Positions 53,471 to 63,509 of a DNA stretch of 64,000 nucleotides are shown in pieces (positions within the stretch are counted from its first letter, which is position 1; each line of letters starts with the position of its first letter). Source of the stretch: an uncultured Gammaproteobacteria bacterium. GTDB taxonomy: Bacteria > Patescibacteriota > Patescibacteriia > Patescibacteriales > GWC2-42-12. The notes beneath the pieces were generated by a model. The model was not told the DNA's origin, searched no databases, and was given only the letters and a program-made list of their open reading frames with translations. The stretch lies in NCBI GenBank assembly GCA_964537265.1, contig CAZHZE010000001.1, positions 27,103 to 91,102 of the forward strand, given 5' to 3'. Both the position numbers and the translations under genes were made by a program.

Positions 53471-53501
53471 AACTATTTCAAAACTTTATTTACGCAATAT
53501 T

Positions 53502-55418
53502 TTATTTCTTTTCCGTAAATTCCCCTTCAATCGGTCCTTCATCTTTTTTCGGTTCTCCTGCTCCACCTTGTTCAGCGCCTGGCTGCGCTCCAGCGTCAGC
53601 GCCAGGTTGCGCGCCTTGCGCAGATTGGTACATGGCCGCGCCAATTCTCTGCGCGACAGTATTTAATGCTTCTAATTTCTTTTTTATTTCTTCAATTTGA
53701 TCGCCGTCTTTGGCTTTTTTCAAATCTTCAATTTTATCCTGCAATTCTTTTATGTCTTCTGGTTTCATTTTATCGCCGGCATCTTTAATTAATTTTTCTG
53801 TCTGAAAGATTACAGCTTCGGCCTGATTTTTCGTTTCTATCTGCTCTCTTTTTTTCTTGTCTTCTTCGGCGTGAAGTTCGGCTTCTTTCTTCATTTTTTC
53901 CACTTCTTCTTTGGATAGCCCCGAAGACGCCGTTATGGTAATTTTTTGTTCTTTATTAGTCGCTTTATCTTTGGCTTTAACATTTAAAATTCCATTAGCG
54001 TCTATATCAAAGCTAACTTCAACCTGCGGAATGCCGCGCGGAGCTGACGGAATGCCGTCTAAAATAAATCTGCCTAAAGTTTTATTGTCTGACGCCATCG
54101 GTCTTTCGCCCTGTAATACATGAATTTCTACGCTAGTCTGTCCGTCAGCCGCGGTTGAAAAAATCTGCGACTTTGAAGTCGGGATCGTGGTATTACGTTC
54201 AATTAATGGCGTAGCTACGCCGCCCAAAGTTTCAATGCCTAAAGTTAATGGTGTAACGTCTAAAAGCAAAACGTCTTTAACATCGCCCTGTAAAACTCCG
54301 GCTTGAACGGCCGCGCCCAAAGCCACGACTTCGTCCGGATTAACCGTTAAATTCGGTTCTTTACCGAAAAACTCTTTAACTTTTTTCTGAACTAACGGCA
54401 TGCGAGTCATGCCGCCGACTAAAATTACTTCTTCAATATCATTAACCGTAAATCCCGCGTCTTTCAAAGCTGATTGGCAAGGCGCAATAGTTTTTTCCAC
54501 TAAATCCCCGACCAATTCTTCAAGTTTAGCGCGCGTCATTTTCATAACTAAATGTTTTGGTCCGCTAGCGTCAGTCGTAATAAACGGCTGGTTGATTTCG
54601 GTTTCCATGGTGGTTGATAATTCAATTTTAGCTTTTTCCGCGGCTTCTTTAATTCTTTGCAAGGCTAAAGTGTCTTTTGACAAATCAATACCCTGATCTT
54701 TTCTAAATTCTTCAATGATCCAATTAATTATTCTTTGGTCAAAATCTTCACCGCCTAAATGCGTATCACCGTTAGTTGATTTAACTTCTACTGTGTCGGC
54801 CGAAACATCCAAAATGGAAATATCAAAAGTACCGCCGCCTAAATCATAAACCGCTATTTGCTGGCCTTTCTTTTTCTCAAAGCCATAAGCTAAGGCCGCG
54901 GCCGTCGGTTCATTAATAATGCGTTTAACGTCTAAACCGGCGATTTTACCGGCGTCTTTAGTCGCTTGCCTTTGCGAATCGTCAAAATAAGCCGGAACGG
55001 TAATAATCGCTTCGGTAATTTTTTCGCCCAATTTAGCTTCGGCGTCAGCTTTTAATTTAGCTAAAACCATGGCGGAAATTTCCTGCGGAGTATATTCTTT
55101 GTCAGACATTTTTATTTTAACTCCGCCGTTCGCTTTAACTATTGTGTATGGCGAAATTTTAATATCACGTTGAACTTCATCGGATTCAAAACTGCGTCCG
55201 ATTAAACGTTTAACCGCGTAAACAGTATTTTCCGGATTAGTAACAGCCTGCCTTTTAGCGGTCTGACCGACTAATCTTTCACCATTCTTAGAAATCGCTA
55301 CGATTGAAGGCGTAGTTCGATTGCCTTCAGCGTTTTCTAAAATCTTCGGCTGGCCGCCTTCGATAATGGCCATGGCCGAATTTGTTGTTCCTAAATCAAT
55401 ACCTAAAATTTTTGACAT
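53502..55418 (-). CDS. dnaK: Chaperone DnaK (Hsp70)
   Basis: [28 protein letters not shown], and a G/A/Q/P-rich C-terminal tail. Confidence 0.97.
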   Translation of the reverse strand: MSKILGIDLGTTNSAMAIIEGGQPKILENAEGNRTTPSIVAISKNGERLVGQTAKRQAVTNPENTVYAVKRLIGRSFESDEVQRDIKISPYTIVKANGGVKIKMSDKEYTPQEISAMVLAKLKADAEAKLGEKITEAIITVPAYFDDSQRQATKDAGKIAGLDVKRIINEPTAAALAYGFEKKKGQQIAVYDLGGGTFDISILDVSADTVEVKSTNGDTHLGGEDFDQRIINWIIEEFRKDQGIDLSKDTLALQRIKEAAEKAKIELSTTMETEINQPFITTDASGPKHLVMKMTRAKLEELVGDLVEKTIAPCQSALKDAGFTVNDIEEVILVGGMTRMPLVQKKVKEFFGKEPNLTVNPDEVVALGAAVQAGVLQGDVKDVLLLDVTPLTLGIETLGGVATPLIERNTTIPTSKSQIFSTAADGQTSVEIHVLQGERPMASDNKTLGRFILDGIPSAPRGIPQVEVSFDIDANGILNVKAKDKATNKEQKITITASSGLSKEEVEKMKKEAELHAEEDKKKREQIETKNQAEAVIFQTEKLIKDAGDKMKPEDIKELQDKIEDLKKAKDGDQIEEIKKKLEALNTVAQRIGAAMYQSAQGAQPGADAGAQPGAEQGGAGEPKKDEGPIEGEFTEKK

Positions 55419-55443
55419 AATATTTATTAAATTTATTTATTAA

Positions 55444-55875
55444 TTATTTTTTATTTGTTTTAATCTTGATCGTTTTCGGTTTTGTTTCCGAAGCTTTTGG
55501 CACAGAAATTTTTAAAATTCCATTAACCGCTTCGGCGCTAGCTTTTTCGCCGATTACATGCGACGGCAAAGGCACGCTTCTGTAGAAACTACCGCGTCTG
55601 ATTTCTTTTCGGTAATAATTTTTATCTTCAACTTCACTTTTCTTTTCATTTTCGCCTTTAATAGTTAAAACATTATTTTCAATGGAAATATCAACTTTTT
55701 CCGGATCAATACCGGCTAATTGAGTTTCAATATAGACTTTATCTTTATCCTGATAAACGTCTATGGCCGGAACGTAACCGGCGAAACCGGTTCGAGCCGG
55801 CATAAAATCTTCAAACATTTTATCCATATCCTCGAATGATTCGAGTGATGGCATCCATTTTATAATTGGTGACAT
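55444..55875 (-). CDS. Hsp20 / alpha-crystallin small heat-shock protein
   Basis: PAIDVYQDKDKVYIETQLAGIDPEKVDISIENNVLTIKGE ... NGILKISVPK. SD AAGGAGA. Confidence 0.9.
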   Translation of the reverse strand: MSPIIKWMPSLESFEDMDKMFEDFMPARTGFAGYVPAIDVYQDKDKVYIETQLAGIDPEKVDISIENNVLTIKGENEKKSEVEDKNYYRKEIRRGSFYRSVPLPSHVIGEKASAEAVNGILKISVPKASETKPKTIKIKTNKK

Positions 55876-55926
55876 ATATTTATTCTCCTTGTCGCCATTT
55901 AGCCCGAAGCTAATATGGCCAATATT

Positions 55927-56574
55927 TTATTTTTTTAATTTATAAACTATAACTTTTGCCGGCTCTATAATTTTTCCGTTTAACTTATAACCGGCTTTAA
56001 TTTCTTTAGCCACTAAACCATCTAATTTTTCGTCTTCTGTTTCTTCATTACTTAACGCATCCATTAAATTATGATCAAATTTTTTGTCTTTAACCTTTAT
56101 CTCTTCAACACCAATTTTTTCTAAAACATCTTTAAATTGTTTAACTACATGCTTTACTCCGGTTATCCAATCATCCGTTGACTCGCCATTATGATGCGCA
56201 ATAGCCATTTTTAAATGATCATAAACCGGTAAAATTTCTCTTAACATCTGCTCATTAGCATAAACCGCAAATTCCATTTTTTCTTTAGCCGTTTGCTTTA
56301 ATAAATTTTGATAATCGGCTAAAGCGCGTTTATATTTATTTTCCCAACTATTTTCTTCTTCGGAAATAAATTCAAATCTTGGTTTTTTATTACCATCGAC
56401 TTCAACTTCTTCTAAAAACATTTTTTTGGGTCTGACCCAAATTTTACCCTGGCCGTGCATTTCCTGATAAACTACCATTTCTTCTTTAGTCTCTGTATCA
56501 ACGGCAGTATATAAAATTTTATATTCTTTACCTTTGTAATGCTTATAAATTCCCATTTTTATCTCTTCTGTCAT
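55927..56574 (-). CDS. grpE: GrpE nucleotide-exchange factor with an N-terminal DUF1653-like domain
   Basis: The N-terminal ~65 aa (GIYKHYKGKEYKILYTAVDTETKEEMVVYQ ... WVRPKKMF) fit my recollection of the DUF1653 pattern. The remainder is GrpE (RALADYQNL, ILPVYDHL, FDHNLMDA). Confidence 0.85.
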   Translation of the reverse strand: MTEEIKMGIYKHYKGKEYKILYTAVDTETKEEMVVYQEMHGQGKIWVRPKKMFLEEVEVDGNKKPRFEFISEEENSWENKYKRALADYQNLLKQTAKEKMEFAVYANEQMLREILPVYDHLKMAIAHHNGESTDDWITGVKHVVKQFKDVLEKIGVEEIKVKDKKFDHNLMDALSNEETEDEKLDGLVAKEIKAGYKLNGKIIEPAKVIVYKLKK

Positions 56575-56578
56575 AATA

Positions 56579-57265
56579 TTATTTTCCTATTAATGTATTG
56601 TTAATAAACTTAACTAAAGCTAAATTTTTTTCATAATCCATTCTGATCGGCCCTAAAATTCCAAATAAACCGATATTATTATTAAGCCTGTATTTATTTA
56701 AAACCGTGCCGCAAAAATCACCGAAAGGATTTTCAGCTCCTAAAAATATCTGCGGCCCGGTTTCAATTTTAGCAAAAATATTATCAATTATATCATCCAC
56801 CTGGTCGATGATTTTTGAAATGTCATAAATTAGTTCAGTTTGCATAAATTCAGGTTGGGATAAAAGATTAGAAATGCCTGTATAATATAAATTATGGCGA
56901 TGAAAAGCCCAAAAAACCGCGTTGCCGGAAACTTTCGCCAACTCTTTAGCCGCCTGCTTAAGGCTTAATTCGTCTTTATCTTTTAGTAACTTAGAAAAAT
57001 TTTTCATTTCCGAAATATTTAATTTTTTTTCAGACAAATTATTAACATACAAATTATAAGCTTTTTGAGTTGGGATTCGTCCAGCTGAAGTATGCGGCTG
57101 AGCTATAAAACCAGCCTGCTCTAATTCAGCCATTTCATTTCTGACCGTAGCCGAAGAAATATCTAATTTATATTTTCCAACTAAAACTTCCGACCCTACG
57201 GGAACGCCGGTTTTTATATGTTCTTTTATTATAGTATTTAGAATTAGTTCTTTTCTTTTATCCAT
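56579..57265 (-). CDS. hrcA: Heat-inducible repressor HrcA (short form, 228 aa)
   Basis: N-terminal wHTH (RKELILNTIIKEHIKTGVPVGSEVL ... SSATVRNEMAELEQAGFI.QPHTSAGRIPT) and a C-terminal GILGPIRMDYEKN. The middle region is shorter than the usual ~340-aa proteins. Confidence 0.85.
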   Translation of the reverse strand: MDKRKELILNTIIKEHIKTGVPVGSEVLVGKYKLDISSATVRNEMAELEQAGFIAQPHTSAGRIPTQKAYNLYVNNLSEKKLNISEMKNFSKLLKDKDELSLKQAAKELAKVSGNAVFWAFHRHNLYYTGISNLLSQPEFMQTELIYDISKIIDQVDDIIDNIFAKIETGPQIFLGAENPFGDFCGTVLNKYRLNNNIGLFGILGPIRMDYEKNLALVKFINNTLIGK

Positions 57266-57274
57266 ATATTATAT

Positions 57275-57313
57275 ATTATATAACATTTAGCACTCCTGTC
57301 AAGAGAGTGCTAA
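57275..57313 (-). promoter_or_regulatory. Perfect CIRCE operator overlapping the hrcA promoter
   Basis: TTAGCACTC-N9-GAGTGCTAA at 57287..57313. On the minus strand the N9 spacer contains TTGACA (57297-302), followed by a 16-nt spacer and TATAAT (57275-80). Only 9 nt separate the -10 element from the ATG. Confidence 0.85.
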
Positions 57314-57320
57314 AATATAA

Positions 57321-57357
57321 CCACCTCTCATTTATAAGGAGATGGTTAGGGTGAGGT
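57321..57357 (+). repeat. Hairpin-plus-AGGGTGAGGT element, copy B (degenerate, solo)
   Basis: CCACCTCTCATTTATAAGGAGATGG-TTAGGGTGAGGT. The tail is identical to copy A and the stem is partly decayed. Confidence 0.5.
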
Positions 57358-57368
57358 CTTGTCGAGAT

Positions 57369-57402
57369 AAAAAAAGAGGCTCTACCTAGAAGGTAAAACC
57401 TC
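57369..57402 (-). terminator. Terminator after ORF 57427..57666
   Basis: The minus strand reads GAGG-TTT-TACCT-TCT-AGGTA-GAG-CCTC followed by TTTTTTT. Confidence 0.55.
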
Positions 57403-57426
57403 AAACTTTTTTACTAAAATATTGCG

Positions 57427-57666
57427 TCAACTAGAAAGTCGATAATTATGAAACCACAAACGTCCGGCTTTAGTCGCCACAGCAATTCCTTTTTTATCTT
57501 CGCCAGTAATATAGCCAAAATTAATCAAGTATCTAAAGGTATGGCTATTTCCATATCGCTCAGCCAATTCATTTATGGTTAAAATTTTCTTACTTTTCTC
57601 AGCTTGTATAACTTCCCCTAAAATTCTCTTTGCATACTCTGGCACAGGATCATTCTCTAGCAGCAT
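57427..57666 (-). CDS. Small hypothetical protein (possible winged-helix fold)
   Basis: 79-aa ORF with AGGAGG 4 nt upstream of the ATG. No family recognised. Confidence 0.5.
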   Translation of the reverse strand: MLLENDPVPEYAKRILGEVIQAEKSKKILTINELAERYGNSHTFRYLINFGYITGEDKKGIAVATKAGRLWFHNYRLSS

Positions 57667-57712
57667 AAAACCTCCTTTTTAAAATGAACTTATTTACAAA
57701 TAAAAAATTTAT

Positions 57713-59659
57713 TTATTTTTTATCCTTAAAATACCAAGTTAAAACTTCATTAGCGACGGGTACAGCCACGCTTGAACCTTCGCCACCAGCTTCAATTAAA
57801 ATCGTAATGACTATTTCGGGATTATCATAAGGCGCAAAACCTGTAAACCAAGCATGAGTTGATTTAGTCGTTGACCACTGCGCCGTACCGGTTTTCCCAG
57901 CTACTGCCACCGGTACAGATTGCAAACTGCGCGCGCTGCCGGCCGTAACCGTTTGCCTCATACCTTCTCTGACAATATTTATGTTTTTTGAACTTACAAC
58001 GTTAATTTTCACTGGCTTATTATCTACTTCACTGGCTAATTGATCCTGGCTGTTTAAAATTTGTTTAATTAAATGGGGACGATATAACGAACCGCCATTA
58101 GCAAAAACCGCAGTATAATTAGCAACCTGAAGCGGAGTTACTAAAGTATCGCCCTGCCCTATCGCTAAATGATAAGTATCACCAATATACCATGGTTCGT
58201 CTTTGGTTTTTAATTTCCATTTTTCAGTCGGTAAAAATCCAGTAGCTTCTCCGGGCATATCAATGCCAGTTTGAGCATCTAAACCAAATAATTTTTCATA
58301 TTTTACCATGCGTTCGAGCCCAAGGCCGGTAAAATCCTGATAGCCGCCGCCGACATAATAGAAAAAAGTATTGACTGACTCGGCGAGAGCTTTTCTAACA
58401 TTAGTAGCGCCATGGCCGCCAGCTTTCCAGTCAGGAAAAAACCACTGACCGATTCGTATACCACCAACGCTTAAAAAACTAGTATTCTCGTCCACGATAT
58501 TTTCTTCAAGCGAAGCGGCCGCGATTACTGGTTTAATTACAGAGCCCGACGGATATTCACCGGAGATGCAACGATTAAACAAAGGCCGATCGGCATGATT
58601 AGCTATAGTTTGATATTGCTCGCTTGTCATGCCTTTAGTAAAATTGTTGTTATTAAAAGAAGGCAAACTTACCATAGCTAAAATCTCACCATTATTAGGG
58701 TTCATGGCAATAGCGCAAGCTTTATTTAGATGTAATTTTTGCAACTCATTTATAACCGACTCTTCTAATTTTTTTTGTAAATCAACATCAATAGATAAAA
58801 CTAAATTATTTCCATTCTCGCCAATTTCTTCATTAATAATTTTTTTTTCTTTACCTAGCGCATCAACTTCAATTTGCTTTTTGCCATTTATTCCCCTCAT
58901 TTCATTCTCCCAAAAATTTTCTATACCGGTTTTACCAATATAATCAATAGGCAAATAATCAGAACCAAACTTATCTAACTCTTTATTATTTATTTTGCCC
59001 GTATAACCTAAAATATGAGACAACGATAAGCTATATAAATTATATTCTCGCCTGGTTTTGTTGGTAATAACTACTCCGGGCATATTATCAGACTCTAAAT
59101 AAAGAATCATGGCTTTTTCATAATCAATATTATCAGCTATAAAAAGCGGCTGATATGATTCAAGCGAACCAGGTTCAACAACGGCTAATAGATCTTCTAT
59201 ATCTTCGGGTTTTAAATTAATCAAAATATCACTGACCCTTTTAATAATCGCTTGACGAGCTAAATTGTCTTTAGGCAAATCTGAGGGTATAAAATATAAC
59301 AAAAAATTAGCCGAATTTCTAACTAAAGTTTTATAATTTCTGTCATAAATTACTCCTCTTTTACTTTCCACTCTTTCAACCCTGATACGATTGCCTTCAG
59401 CCAATTCATAATAATAACTTCCTTTAACTATTTGTAGCCAGGCAGCGCGAGCCATAATTATTCCCAGAAATAAAAGAAAAAACAATTCAACTTTAAAAGT
59501 TTTATTGATATCGAAATTTTTTCCCACTGTTTCTCTGGCGGTCGAATCCTGCTCAAGCCAATCTTCAGCCGAACCTCTATCTAACTTACCTAATTTTATA
59601 TCGCCTTCCTTAACAGTAAAAGGATGATCTCGTTTAAATTTTCTTTTAAATAAAGCCAT
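57713..59659 (-). CDS. mrdA: Penicillin-binding protein 2 (elongasome transpeptidase)
   Basis: An N-terminal TM segment, SVIKP (SxxK), and KTGTAQ. It lies next to an mreD-like gene. Confidence 0.85.
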   Translation of the reverse strand: MALFKRKFKRDHPFTVKEGDIKLGKLDRGSAEDWLEQDSTARETVGKNFDINKTFKVELFFLLFLGIIMARAAWLQIVKGSYYYELAEGNRIRVERVESKRGVIYDRNYKTLVRNSANFLLYFIPSDLPKDNLARQAIIKRVSDILINLKPEDIEDLLAVVEPGSLESYQPLFIADNIDYEKAMILYLESDNMPGVVITNKTRREYNLYSLSLSHILGYTGKINNKELDKFGSDYLPIDYIGKTGIENFWENEMRGINGKKQIEVDALGKEKKIINEEIGENGNNLVLSIDVDLQKKLEESVINELQKLHLNKACAIAMNPNNGEILAMVSLPSFNNNNFTKGMTSEQYQTIANHADRPLFNRCISGEYPSGSVIKPVIAAASLEENIVDENTSFLSVGGIRIGQWFFPDWKAGGHGATNVRKALAESVNTFFYYVGGGYQDFTGLGLERMVKYEKLFGLDAQTGIDMPGEATGFLPTEKWKLKTKDEPWYIGDTYHLAIGQGDTLVTPLQVANYTAVFANGGSLYRPHLIKQILNSQDQLASEVDNKPVKINVVSSKNINIVREGMRQTVTAGSARSLQSVPVAVAGKTGTAQWSTTKSTHAWFTGFAPYDNPEIVITILIEAGGEGSSVAVPVANEVLTWYFKDKK

Positions 59660-59761
59660 ATTAATATTTCTTAACCATAATAAATATTTTTAATTTCATC
59701 GAAGTTAGCGTTTAAAAATTATGGCATTTTGTAATATTAAATACAATTTACCATGCCAAAA

Positions 59762-60283
59762 TTATTTACTATGATGAATTAAAAATACCGGCCTTAAACT
59801 TCGCCCCAAAAAATAAATTATGTAATAAATAATAAACGTCAATAAAAAATTAAGCCCAACCTGCTTTAAAATGGCAATAAAAAAATTACTATCAAATATT
59901 AAATCTATTTGGGCAAAAAATAAAACAAAAAAATAAATAATAACTCTATAAATAATAGTGGCCAAACCCGTTAAGGCTAAGAACGAATAAAGCGAGCGGT
60001 TAGTAAAAAAATTATTTAATAAAAATTTTGCAACAAAAATAGTCAGGCTTAAAGAGACAAGATAAGCGCCGAATGGTAAAAAAGAAAAAATTTCTAATAA
60101 AAAACCTGCTCCCACCGCCCACCAAGCGGCTAATTCGAGCCCGGAAAAACCTAAAATAAAAATTAAAATTACTAAAATTAAATTTAAATTAGCGGCCATG
60201 CCAGGTAAACCGCTAATAAAAGAAATTTGTAAAATTACCAAAAAAATTATTGATATAACATTGAAAATTATTTTAATTATCAT
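59762..60283 (-). CDS. mreD: MreD-like polytopic membrane protein
   Basis: 173 aa with about five TM segments. The call rests mainly on its position immediately upstream of mrdA. Confidence 0.45.
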   Translation of the reverse strand: MIIKIIFNVISIIFLVILQISFISGLPGMAANLNLILVILIFILGFSGLELAAWWAVGAGFLLEIFSFLPFGAYLVSLSLTIFVAKFLLNNFFTNRSLYSFLALTGLATIIYRVIIYFFVLFFAQIDLIFDSNFFIAILKQVGLNFLLTFIIYYIIYFLGRSLRPVFLIHHSK

Positions 60284-61713
60284 ATTAGTAAATTTTCCCC
60301 CACTCTAAAAATATCGCCGGCGCCCATAAGAACTACTATGTCATCTCTTTTTATTTTTCCGCGCAGATACTTTTCGCATTCGGCTAATGTTGAAATATAC
60401 TTTACTTCTTGCTCTATCCTAGAATCTTTATTATTATCTTTTATTTTTTCAACTAAATCTCGGCTATGGATACCGCCCTGAGCCTCGCGCGCCGATCCGT
60501 AAATATCGATAATAATTAATTCATCGATTCGGGCGAAACTTTTAGCAAAATCATTAAATAATGCTTTAGTGCGCGTAAAAGTATGCGGGTGAAATGCTAC
60601 AATCAAATTTCGCTGACCATATTTCTGGCGCACTGCTTCAATCGTGGCTTTTATTTCTGTTGGGTGATGAGCATAATCATCTATTATAATCGCGCCTCTA
60701 AACTCTCCTAAAACTTGCATGCGCCTAGCAGTACCATTAAATTCTTCTAAATATTTTCTGATTTTAAATAATTCAATATTTAATTCAACACAAGTAGCAA
60801 TAACCGCTAAAGCATTATAAATATTATGTTTGCCGCCAAGCTGAATAGAAAAATCGCCAAGCTCTTCGGCTCTAATCTCATCTTCATTATCGTCTACATC
60901 TTCCACGCCTAATTTTACTTTAAAATATTGCCGTCCATTATTATTTTTTATATCATAAGCCACATAATCAGCCGCTTCATCAATAGCGTAAGTTATGACT
61001 TTAGAGCGGCAATTTACCTGGGCAATTTTTCTGATTATTGGGTCATCAAAATTAGCAACTAAAAATCCTTTAATAGGTATTTTTTTTATGAATTCAATAA
61101 AAACATTTTTATAATCTTCCTCAGTGTGAAAAAAATCCGGATGATCATAATCAATATTATTTAAAATTACGGCTTTAGGCTGATAATTTTCTAGCTTATT
61201 TTGATATTCGTCGGCTTCAATTAATAAATAATCGGAATTTCCAATTAAAGAACAACCATTAAATTGCGGTACTTTAGCGCCGACCATAACATTAGGTTCA
61301 ACGCCGGACATTTTCATAACATAACCGAGCCAAGCCGTGGTTGTAGTTTTTCCATGCGAACCAACTACGGCTATACCGTATTTCTGATTAAAAATTTCAC
61401 CGAGAGCTTGCGCATAAGCCAAGGTTTTAATCTTTCCTTCTAAAGCGGCCTCAACTTCAATGTTGGTTTTAGCGTTATAGGCAGTAGAATAAATTATTAA
61501 ATCTGCGTCATCAGGGATATTGGCGGCTGAAAAATTTTCAATTACTTTAATGCCGCAATCTTTAAGAACAGGATCGGTCATATATTTTTCTGTCAAGTCA
61601 GAACCGCTTACTTTAGCGCCATTAGCAACCAAAAACTGGCCAAGCATTGTCATGCCCACGCCCTTAACGCCGATCATATATATCTTTTTAATTTTAGTAA
61701 AATCCATAAGCAT
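60280..61713 (-). CDS. murC: UDP-N-acetylmuramate--L-alanine ligase (MurC/Mpl family)
   Basis: IGVKGVGMTMLGQFLVANGAKVSGSD, VVGSHGKTTTTAW and DDYAHHPTEI. Confidence 0.85.
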   Translation of the reverse strand: MLMDFTKIKKIYMIGVKGVGMTMLGQFLVANGAKVSGSDLTEKYMTDPVLKDCGIKVIENFSAANIPDDADLIIYSTAYNAKTNIEVEAALEGKIKTLAYAQALGEIFNQKYGIAVVGSHGKTTTTAWLGYVMKMSGVEPNVMVGAKVPQFNGCSLIGNSDYLLIEADEYQNKLENYQPKAVILNNIDYDHPDFFHTEEDYKNVFIEFIKKIPIKGFLVANFDDPIIRKIAQVNCRSKVITYAIDEAADYVAYDIKNNNGRQYFKVKLGVEDVDDNEDEIRAEELGDFSIQLGGKHNIYNALAVIATCVELNIELFKIRKYLEEFNGTARRMQVLGEFRGAIIIDDYAHHPTEIKATIEAVRQKYGQRNLIVAFHPHTFTRTKALFNDFAKSFARIDELIIIDIYGSAREAQGGIHSRDLVEKIKDNNKDSRIEQEVKYISTLAECEKYLRGKIKRDDIVVLMGAGDIFRVGENLLI

Positions 61714-61774
61714 ATTTTAACTTTTAATGGCCGAAAAATCAATGGCTATAATTACTATTAAATCACTTATTTTT

Positions 61775-61807
61775 TAAATAAAAAACTGCACCATGCGCTG
61801 ATGCAGT
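61775..61807 (-). terminator. Terminator after the DHH-family gene
   Basis: The minus strand reads ACTGCA-TCAGCGCATGG-TGCAGT followed by TTTTTTATTT. Confidence 0.55.
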
Positions 61808-61832
61808 TATCTTATAATCCGAGAGGGACGGA

Positions 61833-62831
61833 TTATAAAAATAAATTTAGTTTACTTTTCATAAAATCGATAAATTTTTTATACTTTTCATCTCCTGGAA
61901 TTTGAATAGCGAAACCGCCATTTCCTTCTCTGCCGCCGCCGCCAACATATTCGCAAAATTTCTGGGCGTTAAAATCGCTATTTTTATCTTTATAGAAAAG
62001 CATGGTACTTAATGGCGGCAAAAAATAAACGCAGACGCCGTCAACCTGACCAGCAAATTTATCGCGTAATTTTGCCAAACTTTCTTTTTGCGGCATAATA
62101 GATTCGCCGCAGGTTATAGCGAATTTTTTGCCTTTTACCTGGAGGATAAAACAATTTTTAAACATCTTATCATTCGCCTGCGCTAGTTGTTTATTGGCTG
62201 AATCGATAATTTTCTGCAACCGCAAATTAAATTTTCCGTCGCGATACCAAAAAAAATCTTTGGCAATAAAATCAATCAAATCTGCCAGGCTTTGTATATC
62301 GTCTCCGGCGTTATGATATGAAATAATTTTCTGCAGACCAAGGCCACACTGTAAAAACATGCCATTAATATCTAATTTAGCCGGCGGATAGTCATTAAAT
62401 TGGGCAATTTGCGCCATTTTTTTCAAATAAGAATCGCCGGGAAATAATTTCCCCTGAATCAATTTTGATGTGCAAATTCCCTCTTTATCGCCCATGATTA
62501 TTTCATGACCGTATTTTTCCAACAACGGAATAAATTCTCGCGTGGCCGGATGGTGATCATACCATTCTATCTTTTCTGCTCGCTCGGCTAAAGTTTGTAA
62601 AATCGTTTCCTTTTTGCCCGAGAGCAAAAAATCTTTGCCGCTGATATCGCCGATATAAACTTTTTTACCTTCGGCTATATTAGCGGCGTAGGTAAAAGCT
62701 TTTTCCTGATCTTGGCCATATCCGCAAAAAATCAATAATATATCATCCATTAAATACTTTCTGAACATCAAACCGCTTATTATCCCGTCCACATCGCTCT
62801 TATGAATAATAACTATATTTTTATATTTCAA
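61833..62831 (-). CDS. DHH-family phosphoesterase-like protein
   Basis: IIHKSDVDGI (DxD), WYDHHPAT (DHH), and a C-terminal GGGGREGNGGF (DHHA1-like). The start is TTG with AAGGAGG upstream. Confidence 0.6.
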   Translation of the reverse strand: MKYKNIVIIHKSDVDGIISGLMFRKYLMDDILLIFCGYGQDQEKAFTYAANIAEGKKVYIGDISGKDFLLSGKKETILQTLAERAEKIEWYDHHPATREFIPLLEKYGHEIIMGDKEGICTSKLIQGKLFPGDSYLKKMAQIAQFNDYPPAKLDINGMFLQCGLGLQKIISYHNAGDDIQSLADLIDFIAKDFFWYRDGKFNLRLQKIIDSANKQLAQANDKMFKNCFILQVKGKKFAITCGESIMPQKESLAKLRDKFAGQVDGVCVYFLPPLSTMLFYKDKNSDFNAQKFCEYVGGGGREGNGGFAIQIPGDEKYKKFIDFMKSKLNLFL

Positions 62832-62942
62832 GGTGCAACCTCCTTAAAAAATTTTTTATTCTTTTGAAATTAACATAAAAAATACATATTGTCAATAATT
62901 GATTTTTAAAAATTTTTTGCTATAATTATTTAATAATTTAAT

Positions 62943-63509
62943 ATGCAGAATATAAAAAAACCCATTAAAATCGCAATTATTGCTTCTCACTCAACCGGAA
63001 AAACAACATTAGCTAAAGCTCTGGCTAAAAAAATTAAAATACCCTATCTTAAAAGCGATTTTGTCAGAGAAATATCCAAGGAGAAATTTAACGGCAAAAA
63101 ACTTCAGGAATTATCTATGAAAGAATTTTTTAATATGGAATTACTGCATTATCTAAAAAAATTAGAAGTAGCTATAAAAAACGAAAAATTTATTACTGAC
63201 GGCGGTTTTATTTTGGGGCCAATTTATCTTGGTTGTATGAACCCAAAATTAATAAACAAAATAAACTACCAAAAATTTCTAAATTTATGTATTAAGAAAA
63301 CTAAAAACATTTATACACATATAATTTATCTGCCACCGGAAATTGAGCTGGAAAATGATAGCTATCGACCCATGGATTTAAAATTACGTCGGCAAGTTAA
63401 CAATGTGATTTTAAAACTACTTAATAAAAATAATATAAAATATTTTACGACCACCGGTTCAGTTAATAACAGGGTTAACCAAATAATAAAATTTCTAAAA
63501 AATCATTAA
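62943..63509 (+). CDS. P-loop ATPase/kinase (NadR-like AAA_28 type)
   Basis: Walker A ASHSTGKTT and a small size typical of nucleoside/nucleotide kinase-like folds. Function unknown. Confidence 0.55.
   Translation: MQNIKKPIKIAIIASHSTGKTTLAKALAKKIKIPYLKSDFVREISKEKFNGKKLQELSMKEFFNMELLHYLKKLEVAIKNEKFITDGGFILGPIYLGCMNPKLINKINYQKFLNLCIKKTKNIYTHIIYLPPEIELENDSYRPMDLKLRRQVNNVILKLLNKNNIKYFTTTGSVNNRVNQIIKFLKNH

Noticed and set aside
53427-53700. Plus-strand ORFs 53427-53666 and 53434-53700 (Ala/Pro/Ser-rich).
   Set aside because: They begin inside the hairpin repeat and run antisense to the low-complexity GAQPGA tail of dnaK, so they are a composition artefact.
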